Assembly: GCA_028023455.1 (NCBI GenBank)
Contig: JAQFVV010000007.1
Span: forward strand, 19,716,001 to 19,780,000
Reading direction: 5' to 3'
From: Epiperipatus broadwayi
Lineage: Eukaryota; Animalia; Onychophora
DNA: 64,000 nucleotides
Made by a program: the position numbers and the translations under genes. Position 1 is the first letter of the stretch; every line of letters starts with the position of its first letter. A model generated the notes under the pieces. It ran no database searches. It saw only the letters and a program-made list of their open reading frames with translations, and was not told the origin of the DNA. Shown one piece after another: positions 13,893 to 25,355 of the stretch.

Positions 13893-14332
13893 TGTAACCC
13901 CACTGAATTAAGTCATTAAGAGTCTCTAATATATTAGAATAGTAGAACACATACAGAACATTTCATTTTATCTTCCCTTCTCATCATCTCTCATCTTTTC
14001 TTTCATTCTTTCATCTCATATTCCATTCTCATCATCTTCATTTCTCATATTCATCTTTCGTATCATTATCATCTCTTCATTTCTCATATCCATCTTTCAA
14101 TTTGTTTCCTTCATCTTCTCATCCCATCTCTTTATGCTCATCCCATTCTTTCATATCATCACCTCATATTCTTTATATTCTCATCTCATCTTTTTTCATT
14201 ATCATCATCATCACTAACATCCTTCATTAATCAGTTCTCTATTTTCCCATTTACACCATTTCATTCTGATCTTCATCATCGTTCACCAACCCCACCACCC
14301 CCTCTGGACATCATTATCTCCCAATAGTTACA
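13893..14332 (-). mobile_element. Solo LTR with a pyrimidine-rich (TCA/TCT) degenerate internal repeat
   Basis: Ends TGTAAC...GTTACA (6-bp terminal inverted repeat). The right flank is (AT)n. The TSD is imperfect (ttat/atat). Confidence 0.5.
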
Positions 14333-14380
14333 ATATATATATATAATAAATAAAGTTTGATATCTGTATTCGTTTCACAA

Positions 14381-14580
14381 TATATGTAATATACAAATCA
14401 ATATATATATATATTAAAATACAATACAATTTATATAAATTATATTCTTTTACAAGTACTTTCGACTATACACCTTGTAGTCTTTATCAAGACTACAAGG
14501 TGTATAGTCGAAAGTACTTCTAAAAGAATATAATTTATATAAATTGTACTGTATTTTAATATATATATTGATTTGTATAT

Positions 14581-14590
<10 letters not shown>
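14381..14590. repeat. ~210-bp near-perfect palindrome derived from a Penelope-like terminal repeat
   Basis: Arms meet at gtagtctt-tatc-aagactac (loop 14485-14488). The minus strand reads CTTGATAAAGACTACAAGGTGTATAGTCGAAAGTACTT, similar to the 3' end of the Penelope copy at 42256-42290. Confidence 0.8.
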
Positions 14591-14619
<29 letters not shown>

Positions 14620-14629
14620 ATGTGTGTAT

Positions 14630-17600
14630 TTGAGAACTTAAAGAAGCTGAGCAGGGCTAATTCCTAATGTCTAATCCATACATTCTTGTTGTTGCAACTG
14701 TTATTACTGTGTAATTATTCATATAGTATATGAACATGGATGAGCTTCTCACCAACATGCATTATCCAATGTGGTGAGTTTATTGGCTTTTTATCTCTGA
14801 GTTTAAGATCAAGAAACCCCCATGGTTTTTCTTCTCAATTGCTTGATAAGGCAGAATAAATGTGTGTGTGCATGAACATTTTTTTCTAATAGATATATAC
14901 AATCATGACAGACAAAAATAAATCATGGCTTTTATTCTTAGGAGGCTGTAAAGTGACCAGACATGGCAGTGGTTGGTGACCAAAGACAGAGGATGCTAAG
15001 AATATCCTGATTTTAAACCCAGGCTGCCATTTGATGTTGACTTTTTATTTAGGTACTTACAATTGCAGATCACTTTCAAGTGAAGGAAAATTGTGAGAAT
15101 TGTAAGAACTGTCAGATATTAAATGGGACATTATTGGACTTTGTGATGTCAGAAAGAAAGGTGAAGAGATAATTGATTTAAAAAGTGGCTTGCATTCTAT
15201 TACAAAAGCACAAATAGTAGAAGTACAAGTGTAGTAGGATTTATTACAAATAAAAAGTGGAAGAAGAACATTGTGAAGATTGATGGTATATTGGACAGAG
15301 TGGCAAGATTAGTTATTCAACTTCATAGCAGATACTAAATAATTCAGGTTTATGCTCCAACAAGTTGTCATAGTAATGAAGTAATAGAAGATTTTTATAT
15401 GGTCATACAAAAGGCTTTTCATCAGACTAAACAACATTTTAAAATTGTTATGGAAGATATTAATGTTAGAATAGGTAAACAAATGAAAGATGAAAGTGTT
15501 GTAGGTAAATTTGGTTGTGGTAATAGAAATGAGAGAGAGCATCGACTTTTGGAGTGTGCAGAAAAAGAAAAACTATATTATGAATTATTTTTTTGAGAAA
15601 AATGTTAAAATGAAATGGACATGGAAACATCTAAATAAACATACAGCAGAATTGGATTATATTTTGACTAAGAGAAAATACATATTTCAAGATTGTAAAG
15701 TTTTTAATAAATTCAATACAGGAAGTGATCATCGATTAGTAAGATGTAAGATAAGTGTTAATGCGAAACTAGAGAGACAAAAATTATTAAGAAAAACAAT
15801 GTTTATAATTCTTATTCATAATGTTCAGAAACATTCTTATGAATTTAAATTACAACTTGCATATCGGTTTCAAGTATTAGTAGATTTCGAATATGATTCC
15901 CATTTGAATGCAATTAATAAGAAAATACCTGATACAATTTTAAAAACTGGAACAAAGGTAGCTGGTAGAAAAAAGCAGTAATTGACAAATAAAAATTCTA
16001 CTGAGACTAGAGAATTTATGAAGAAAAGAAGAAATATGAAGATATATAAAAATAATGAATTAAAAACAATAGAATATCTCAAATTTTGTAAAATGGTATG
16101 AAAAAGAGTTGATAATGATATAAGAAAATATAATTGTGAACTAGCACGTCTGCAAAGAGAATAAAAGTCTCAAGAATGCAAAACAACATTTTGGTATTGG
16201 TAGGAAACTTATATCTGCAATAAAAAAGATGGAATTATTACTAAAAAGAGAAATGACATCATAAAATGGGCAGAAGAGTTCTATCAAGAATTATTTAGTA
16301 TTAAAGAACAAGTATCTCCTCCATCTATTATATCTTTTAAATTGCCCATAATTTTTAATGAAGAAATGAGACATGCAGTTAAATTTATGAAGAAGAAAAA
16401 GCTCCAGGTAATAATAGAATTATAATCTATAAAGTAAAAGAAGCAGATGAAGAAATAGAAAAAAAAATTGGCAAAGTTTTATAGCAAATGTCTAAATGAT
16501 AAAAAAATACTAGGTGGTTGAAAGAATGCAGTATTAATATTAATATTTTAAAGAGGTGACGAAGAAGATATAAGAAATTACTGATCTATCAGCATTTTAT
16601 CAGTTTTATACAAAATTTTTACCAAGATAATTACAACTTGTCTACAGAGAACATTGGATTTCAACCAAGTAAGAGAACAAGCTGGATTTAAAAGTGGTTT
16701 TAATTACAGTAGATCACATCCAAGTATTGATAGAAGTTCTAGACAAGACCAATTGCCATTATCTTTTGGACTTGTCATTATGAAAAGGTATTTCAATCTA
16801 TAAGCATTTCTTCAGTAATTAAAGCATTGGATCATCAAGGTATATAGATTCAGAATACTGTTGTAATCTGAAGAATATTTATAAAAATGCAACAACAACA
16901 ATTAGATTACATAATGATGCTAGGAATGTTAACATTAAGAAGGTTTGTGAGGCAGGGTGATTTCATATCTCCAAATCTTTTTACAGCAGTGCTGATAGAA
17001 GTATTTTGTGGATTAAAATGAGAAGCTAAAGGAGTAACGGTAAATGGAGATTGTTTAAGTCATATAAATTTTTCAGATAATGTAATTGTTTTTGCAAATA
17101 ATGCTTCAGAGTTTCTGGAAATGTTACAAGAGTTGGAAAAGTAAAAAAAGGTAATAAAAATGTTACAAGAGTTATTAGATGAAAGTATGAAAGTAGGACT
17201 AAACATAAACGTTAAATAGACTCAAGTAATATTCAATGGATTTTGTCAAATGATGAAAATAAAGATTGATTGTAATGACTTAGAAGTTAATAATTACAAA
17301 TACCTTGGTCAGATTATTATCTTAGATGGAAATATAACGGATGAAATTAATCATAGAATTAAACTTGGATGGAGTGCTCTTGCTGGAAATAACTTAATAT
17401 TAACAAGAAATATGATTATGTGTTTGAAAAGGAACGTTTTTAATAAATGTGTTTTATCAGTTCTTACTTATGGATCTGAGACTTGGGCGCTTAATAAAAG
17501 AGCAATAGAGACTTCAAATCACTCAAAAAAAAATTTGAAGAGATGCATGTTAGAAGCAACAAGAAGAAATCAAAAACACTAAATGTGTAAAAGAAAAAAA

Positions 17601-17870
17601 CGGGTGTACCTGACATCTCTGAAAGAATTAAAAGACTAAAATGTAGTTGGATTGGGCATATTGGTAAAAGAGATGATAATAGATAGACAATTGAAATCTT
17701 AAACTGAGATTGTAAAAGAGTTAGAAATAGACCACATGTGAGATGGATGGATGAAATAAGAAAGTGTGCAGGGATGATGTGGAGAAGAGAAATTGGAGAA
17801 GCTGTATTTAACTTGCAGAGGCCTTCATATTGCAGTGGATTGATAATGATTGACAATGATGATGATGGAG
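14630..17870 (+). mobile_element. RTE-clade LINE, near full length, decayed
   Basis: AP endonuclease (GTYNCRSLSSE ~15052; IQVYAPTS; ELDYIL; GSDHRLVRCKI) and RT (RQGDFISPNLFTAVL ~16950; YKYLGQ; LTYGSETWAL). The 3' end has RWMDEIRK and a (GAT)n tail. Confidence 0.92.
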
Positions 17871-18349
17871 ACTGAACGTAAATGTTTATACACAATAAAT
17901 GTGCAACAATGAAACATGCATTATGAAATAAAATAGTTGACGTTATCATGTAGATGTACATGATGTTTGTAGATAAATTTTATTTATTTTTTTCAATTAG
18001 CCCATTGTCATATAAAACACAATCGGCAAATTTTCTAATTGATCCTTTGTGTATTTTTAATGGTTTAGCAGTTAGAATGCTAACAGAAATACCATAAATA
18101 TGTGTGACAAACAACAGTTTCTAGCTTACTATTTGAATTTTACAAATAATTTATGTTATATATATAGTAAATCAAATTTTATATGCCGCTGATTGAAAAT
18201 TAAAATTATTATAATAAAAATTATACAATAATGTATCATATTGACGTTAATCTCTTGGACAAATAGAGGCATTTATTTTGAATATATTCTACTTCGATCT
18301 AAAAATAGTGGTAGGCAAAAGAAACTGTATATGTTTTTTAAATAAATAT

Positions 18350-18930
18350 ATATATATACGGCATTGTAATAATCGTTTAGATATATAGGTTTGTTTGGCT
18401 ATAAATTTCATTGTCAATCGTGTATATTTTATCGTAAACAATTAAAATAATTTGAATCATTATGCGATAAAGGGCGCTCACATAAAAATCAGAATTAATG
18501 TCTTAAACGCACAAAAAATAACCGGATTAGTATTTAAAATTTATAAATATTTTTTTTTATAGTTTTGCGGCTCAAAGCTAAAGTTTTTGTAATAAAAAAA
18601 ATGAATATAAATACCATTTAAACATCTGTTATTCGGCTTGAATGAATGGCGTATATCTAAAAGTATATGTCATTTGTTAGCTACGAGTAGTTGTTACTAG
18701 GAATATTGGCACGCTTTCGTTATCAGAGCTTATAATATTAATAGTATCCCTAGAAACTGACATGATACATCCGTGCGAAACACGTATCGCTCGGACTAAA
18801 CGGATAAGAAGCCCTATGCAAAGTGTCTGAAGTATGTGGAAAGACTAGTTGAATCGAGGCTGAGTAGTAGGCACTTAATTGGTAGTGGCCACCTTGGTGA
18901 CTACTCTTTTTATTTCTAAAAATGTGCATC
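18350..18930. other. CpG-retaining, repeat-free island (possible promoter or young element)
   Basis: Many CG dinucleotides (gcga, ggcgc, accgg, gcggc, tccgtgcgaaacacgtatcgctcgg) against a CpG-poor background. No ORF support. Confidence 0.3.
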
Positions 18931-19730
18931 AAATATCAAATTATACTTTAAATATTTTAGACAAACTACAATGACGACATGAAAGGCTTCTGACTGATAA
19001 TGATTGTCTTTAATTGGTACTTAAATTAAGCAGAAAACTCATCTAAATGGGCTTCATATAAATGAGAATGGCCATTATGAAGATTTTTATTAGGAGGCAT
19101 ATAATATTCAAAATTTTACTTTTTTACATTAGTAATTTGCATTTAAAATATCATTTACATAAAACATAATATTTATATATGATTATAAATAACAACTATC
19201 AATGACAAAAGTCAGACAATAAAATAAAAATTTAAAAACGGCATACTTATTTAATTCCAAATGAGAATATGACCAAAAATCATTAATAGCATTGCAATTT
19301 TCATACTAAGATTGAGTTTTGGCTCTTGCATTTATCAAAAAGCGCAACTATTCAATGGTAAATGAATTTAAAAACTTGGAATATATAACTACTTCAATAA
19401 TAGTCAAGATCTGAATATACCAGTTATATGTTGAAATGGTAATCTCATAATGATTAATGTAGCATTTGCAAATTTGAATTGGTTTAAAAAAAATGACAAA
19501 CGAAAATGAATTGATCTTATGTCAGAAAAAAATATTTTTAAACATTTCTAAAGTGTTATAATGGTCCAACTGATCAATTGTGCATCTTTGGGGAATATAC
19601 AATTTTTATATGTCTTTGGTCATAAGTTTATAATTAGATCTTTCCACAAGGTGTTAAAAGTAAATAAAAACAAGTCCCTTCCTTATAAGAGAATGGTATA
19701 GTGAAAATTACACTACAAGTATATTGTTTA

Positions 19731-20239
19731 TGTTGTGTACAACCACTCACTCGGCTTAATAATCAGGTAAAGTAGACAAGCAGAAACCAAAATAATTAGA
19801 CAAAATAGTTTAATTAGAGTTATTAGTTGGATAGTTAATATTACATATATAAACTAGAATACAGTTATCTTTAACTTACGATCACTGGCCGTGCTGGCAT
19901 ATGAACAAACATAATATAGACTAGTGTGGCTTGCAAAGTTTCTAGGTCCACTTTTACACTTTCAGTGGTGGAGTTCACTGGGTTTTTTTTCCATTGCTTA
20001 ATTTACACACTCTTGACTATAATGTGCAATCAATAAGTTCCCTGCTGCTGCAAGTGCTGTGTAGTTATTTTTGTTTCCTTTTTATTCTTGATAAGGAATT
20101 TTGCAGAAACCAATTAATTCTCAGCTATTGTCTACTTTTAGAAATCAGCACTTTTACTCTAGCTGCATTAATTAGTTTCTAATCAGGAGCACTTATCTTT
20201 AATACAACTGATCAGTAACATGCCAAAATTTAAATTACA
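19731..20239 (-). repeat. 3' LTR of the Gypsy element
   Basis: On the minus strand it starts TGTAATTT directly after the polypurine tract AAGAAAGGAA and ends ...CACAACA. Confidence 0.7.
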
Positions 20240-22868
20240 AAATTCCTTTCTTATTGTCTATTTCATTTAATTATTCTGAAGTCTTAAGTCTTTTAAGTAA
20301 GTGGGTTCTTTTCTTGTTCTTAAAGATCTTCATGAAGATGTTTTCTCCTCTACTGGCATTTTGTTGGCTTCTTCAGCTTCTTGATCATCAGACTTCTCTT
20401 CACTTTTGGGAATGGGCAGTGCTGTAGTACTTTTGGTTTGCAATAATTCTTCTTCTCAACATCTCACATCATTTATATGTTTGGGCATTGTTTTTTGGTT
20501 CTGTCTCTATAAGTATTATTTGTCTTGACAGAATTTCTTTTATGAAGGCCTTCACCCAGTATTTCCTGATAATGTCTCTAACCCAGACTTTTTCTCCCTT
20601 AGAGTAAATAGTATCTCCAGTGCTGCTTTCATAGTGTGTAGAGTTTTGTTCTGGGTGGATTAACAATTATTTTGTGCAAAGTTTCTGTCTGAAACTTAAT
20701 TCTGCAGGGGATTTGCCCATAGCACATGGAATACTATGTTGATATAATGTCAGAATGTAAGGTGTCTTGTATATTTGCAGTGCCTTCCTTCTGTAACATT
20801 TGCTTCAACATTTGTACTGCCTTTTCTGCAATACCATTGGACTCTGGGTGATATGGGGGTGTGGCTAGATTTTTAATTCCCTGTTCTGTGAGAAATTTTT
20901 CAAATTTAGTGGATGTAAAATTGGTACTGTTGTCAGACATGACTGTTTCAGGAATCCTATGGAAAGTAAAAATTTCCTTCAGTTTTGCAATTGTTTCTTT
21001 GGTACTGGTCTTTTTCACTACTCTATATTTCATCAACTTTGAATAAGCATTGATCACTACCAAAAATATGAAGCCATGAAATGGTCCAGCATGGCCAACA
21101 TGAATTCAGCTCCATGCACTTTCAACTGCTGGCCAAGCAGCATATTTTTTTCTTCCATATTTGCATTTATTTGACAACTTTTGCATTATTTCACATATTT
21201 CTCTATGTCAATATTAATTGTGGGCCCATACTATTCCAGGATTATCTTGATGAATCAAGAAAAGAATCTTACTCCACCCACTGCTCTGTATCAACACTCT
21301 ATCATTCATTAATATACATCCCTTGTTTATGGGTAGTCTTTGTCTTACGTCCCATAAAGTTTTATGTAGTCTTTTGGGCCAGCCTTTGCTCATCCATTTA
21401 CTTAAGTATTTATATCCATGGTCTGCTTTAGACCAACTAGCTACCTTTTCACTGGTTATTAATCCTTTGTTCCAATTATTGATGTAGTTAATGGTTTGGT
21501 CATCTTTTTGTAGTTCTGCATGTTTAATGACCTTTCCTTTTTTGAAATTTAGGTCAAAATCATAGCCTGACAACAGATTAACCCAACATAATATTTTAGG
21601 CTTAGAAGATTGGGGCAGTTTTATTTTTGGCTAATAACCCCAACAGCGGTTTATAATCAGTAAAGATTTTAAACTGTCAACTATACAAATATTGGTGAAA
21701 CTTTTTATCGCAAATATAATAGCCAGCACCTCTTTATCTAATTGACTATAATTTTGCTCAGCTTTTGTTAACATTCTAGAAAAGTAGATGATTGGTCACT
21801 CACCATCAGCTATTGTGTGGGGTAAGACTGCTCCTATTCCAACTTTGGATGCATCTCTTGTCAATATCAGTTCGATGCTACTGTCGTATACTAGTAAGCT
21901 GTTTGACGTTAATAATTCTTTTGTGTCTCAAAAAGCTTTTTCTTGGGGTTAATCCTAATGCTATTTTTAGCTCTTTTTTAATAAATTGTATAATGGTTTT
22001 GCTATTTCCCTTAAGAAAAACTTCAAAAAAAATTAAGAAGGTCAAGGAAAGCTTGAAGTTCTTAACATTTCTGGGACTTTGGACTTTTTTACAGCATCAA
22101 TTTTTTTGAGGGTCATGTCTCTTTCCCTTTTTTGAGATTATGTGTCCCAGGAATTATATTTCAGTGGCCATCCAGATACATTTGTCTGCATTTATTTTAG
22201 CTCCAAAACTGCATAACTTGGCACAAACTTTTAAAATTCATTCATGTATTTCCTCTTCTGAATTGGCCATGACCAAAATGTCATCAAAATATAGTGTTAC
22301 CCCATCCATTTGCTGAAACATCATGTCCATTTTGGCCTGGAAAAGGTTTGGTGTGATTGTAATTTTATAAGGCAATCTATTGTACTTAAACAATCCCTTA
22401 TGCAAAGTAATAGTTAGCAATTCCGAGGTGCATTCAGAAATGGGTATCTGATGAAATGTGGTCTTCAAATCAATTTTAGCATAGTGACTTTCCTTTGCAT
22501 ATTTGCTAATATTTCACTGACATTTAGTACAGGATACTTGCTTTTAGTAAGGGTTTTATTTATTGTGGTTCTATAATCTCCACAAATGTGGATTTTTCCC
22601 ATTTGGCTTAAATATCATCATGATTGGTGGCCCATTCCATTTTTTTGACTGGTGTTAATACACCTTTACTAACTACATTTATTAACTCTTGTTCCACCTT
22701 AGTTTGCAGCACAAATGGGACCTCTCTGGGTCTGCAAATAATGGGGGTCACCCCACCTTGTAGCTCTATATTTATAGGCATCATCATAATTTTGCACTCA
22801 CCACTTTTAAATAACTCACTATATTTATTTCTCATTTCTTGCTCAATAGCAACATCATTTATCACACA

Positions 22869-23190
22869 TATCTTTATTCATTCCCAAAGCATTGAACAAT
22901 TTCTACCTATAATAGGATTACCTATAATAGGATTAAGACTGCCCTGTATTATATATAACAGTAGTGTTTGAACCTTACTATTTAATTCAATCTGAGCCAT
23001 CACTTTCCCTAATATCATCATACTGTTTCCAATATCTTTATTCCCAAAGCATTGAACAATTTCTACCTATAATAGGATTACCTATAATAGGATTAAGACT
23101 GCCCTGTATTATATATAACAGTAGTGTTTGAACCTTACTATTTAATTCAATCTGAGCCATCACTTTCCCTAATATCATCATACTGTTTCC
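22869..23190. repeat. 160-bp-period tandem duplication inside Gypsy pol
   Basis: cccaaagc occurs at 22883 and 23043. The two copies look identical, including an internal cctataataggatta doublet. Confidence 0.9.
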
Positions 23191-24475
23191 ACTAGCGTCT
23201 TTTGCTCTTAACCTTGTTTTCATTAATCAAAGGGGATTTTTTCGATTTTGCACTACTTTCTCCCAGTCTTTGAGTGTCATCATTGACATGCCTGCTCTGC
23301 TGTCAATTTCCATTTTCACTTGTGTCTGTAATAATTTAACTGTCAACATAAACGGATTGCTGTATCCAATCTGTGTATTGTAAATATCACACTTTGTTTT
23401 ATTTTCGACTTTACAAGTTGGCAAGCTAGCGTGATCCTTTTCCTTTTTATTTCAACATACTTTCTGCAAATGCCCAACTTTACCACAGGTTCTACAATAT
23501 TCCTTGTTATATCTATACCTATGTGACATGTGGTCTTTTTTCCACAGAAATAACACACTATTTCATTCATTTTGCTCATAACGGGTTGGGACTTATTTTT
23601 AGTTCTCTGAATATATGGATTACCATCATTTTTGTTGGTAAAATTTCTAAATTCTACCAATTGATTGAGTACAATTTCATGGGTTTCTCCCATTTTGGTT
23701 GCTTCCTTGTATGTCAACTCTCTTGAGGCTAGTAACTGCTGCCTAAGCATATCGTCTGACATGCCCCAAAGTAATTGTTTAAGCAGATTATCCTCTAAGG
23801 CATTGCCATAACTGCAACTCTTATTAAGTTCTTCTATTGCTTGATTGTAGTCTCATATACACTCTCCCTTGTATTGCCTTTGGTTTATAAAGTGTAGACT
23901 TGTGACATGCTTCAAAGGTTGGGGGCTGAAAAAATTATTTAACTTCCCCGTAACTATATTGTATGGAAAATTCTCTAGCTCTTCATGAACACAGAACCTA
24001 TTTGCTATTTCTATTACCTGTTGCCCTGCATAACACAATAACGTGGCAACTTTTATGGGGTCACTTGTCATACCATTAATCAAAAACAGTTTCTTGATTC
24101 TCTTAAGATAAATCAGCCAATCAAAAGAGTTATTTACATTGAACTCATTAATTGTTACTTGAGGCACTGATGACATCATTTTCTATTTTACCTTTTTTTT
24201 AAAGAAATTTAATTCTTTTCTATTTTACTATGAGATTACTATTAACACCCTTACTGAAACAAATTACTATTAATATGCTTACTAAAACAAATTATTATTA
24301 ATATGCTTATTAAAACATTTCTCCAACTACTAATTCAATATTCACCCAGAATTCAATTCTCAATTTCCTTGTTGCTTTCTCTACATTATACAATTCAATT
24401 CCAATCCACTACTGTTTTTAATTTGAGTCAGATTTTTCTACTGGAACGTATCCTGTCAATGATTGCACCAGTTTT

Positions 24476-24670
24476 CTGCTGCAAGTGCTGCATAGTTATT
24501 TTTTGTTCCCTTGTTATTCGTGATAAGGAATGTTGCAGAAACCAATTAATTCTCAGCTATCGTCTACTTTTAGAAATCGGCACTTTTAATCTAGCTGCAT
24601 TAATTAGTTTCTACTCAGTAGTGCTTATCTTTAATACAACTGATCCATAGCATACCAAAATTTAAATTAT
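24476..24670 (-). repeat. Partial 5' LTR of the Gypsy element
   Basis: Matches only ~195 bp of the 3' LTR, then runs into AAAAC-TGGTGC (PBS-like). Confidence 0.75.
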
Positions 24671-25286
24671 TTCATTTAATAAAACTTATTTTAATAAAAC
24701 TCATTAAAACTTATTAATTATTATATATCTATATAGCAGTTCATTATCAAATAATCTCAAGTGTAATGAATGAATAAAAAATTATTAATATGTTATAACA
24801 ATCATCAAAGTATATTTCTAAAATGTTTACAAATTTGTGAGAGGGTCTATTAAAAATCTTGGAAAGAAAGGTCAAATACTATTATGTTAAAAATAAAACA
24901 TCATTTATAGAAATATCCAATTCTCGAACTTTAAATTATAACCAGAGCCAAGATCAAAATAATCTTCGAATCCCAATCTTCGCCAACAGCAAAAAAATCT
25001 ATTTACTTTTAAAACTAGTAAATTCTTAAAATTAGATATTTTGCTGAGACAAAAGACCTCTTAACAGTCAATAGGAGTTACATAATAAAAATTGTAAAAC
25101 TGAAAAATATTTTAATTTAAGAAATAATTGTTGATCTATATTTTGTAAGTGATAAGCATTGGAACAATTGAAAACTGTTGAAATTTCAAAATATATAAAG
25201 AATCGTGTCATTTATTGATGTATTAAATATTATAAAAAAAGTTTGCATGATTGGTGCAAAGGTCAGTATAAAGACAATACCATTTG

Positions 25287-25355
25287 GTGGCCTAGAGGTT
25301 AGCATAACTACCTTCCAAGCAGCTGGCCTGGGTTTGCTTCCCTGCATATGAAAAA
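25287..25355 (+). pseudogene. Retroposed tRNA-Gly(TCC)-derived copy with short A-tail and 16-17-bp TSD
   Basis: ggtggcctagaggttagcataactaccTTCCAAgcagctggcctgggtttgcttccc aligns to the eukaryotic tRNA-Gly-TCC body. It is flanked by AAAGACAATACCATTTG at 25270-25286 and 25356-25372. Confidence 0.8.

Larger units (their letters stand above)
19731..24670 (-). mobile_element. Ty3/Gypsy LTR retrotransposon, decayed
   Basis: Minus-strand order is gag (24179-23343), protease (EIDSRA ~23290), RT (TTFHQIPI...LFKYNRLPY...YFDDILV), RNase H, then integrase (VVINAYSK...SDNSTNFTS...TPPYHPESNGIAEKAVQ). Shared LTR sequence lies at 20045-20239 and 24476-24670. Confidence 0.93.

Noticed and set aside
14930-15040. 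HDV-like ribozyme in the RTE 5'UTR
   Set aside because: RTEs are known to carry them and ATGGCAG/CTGCCAT can pair, but I could not build the nested double pseudoknot. A covariance search is needed.
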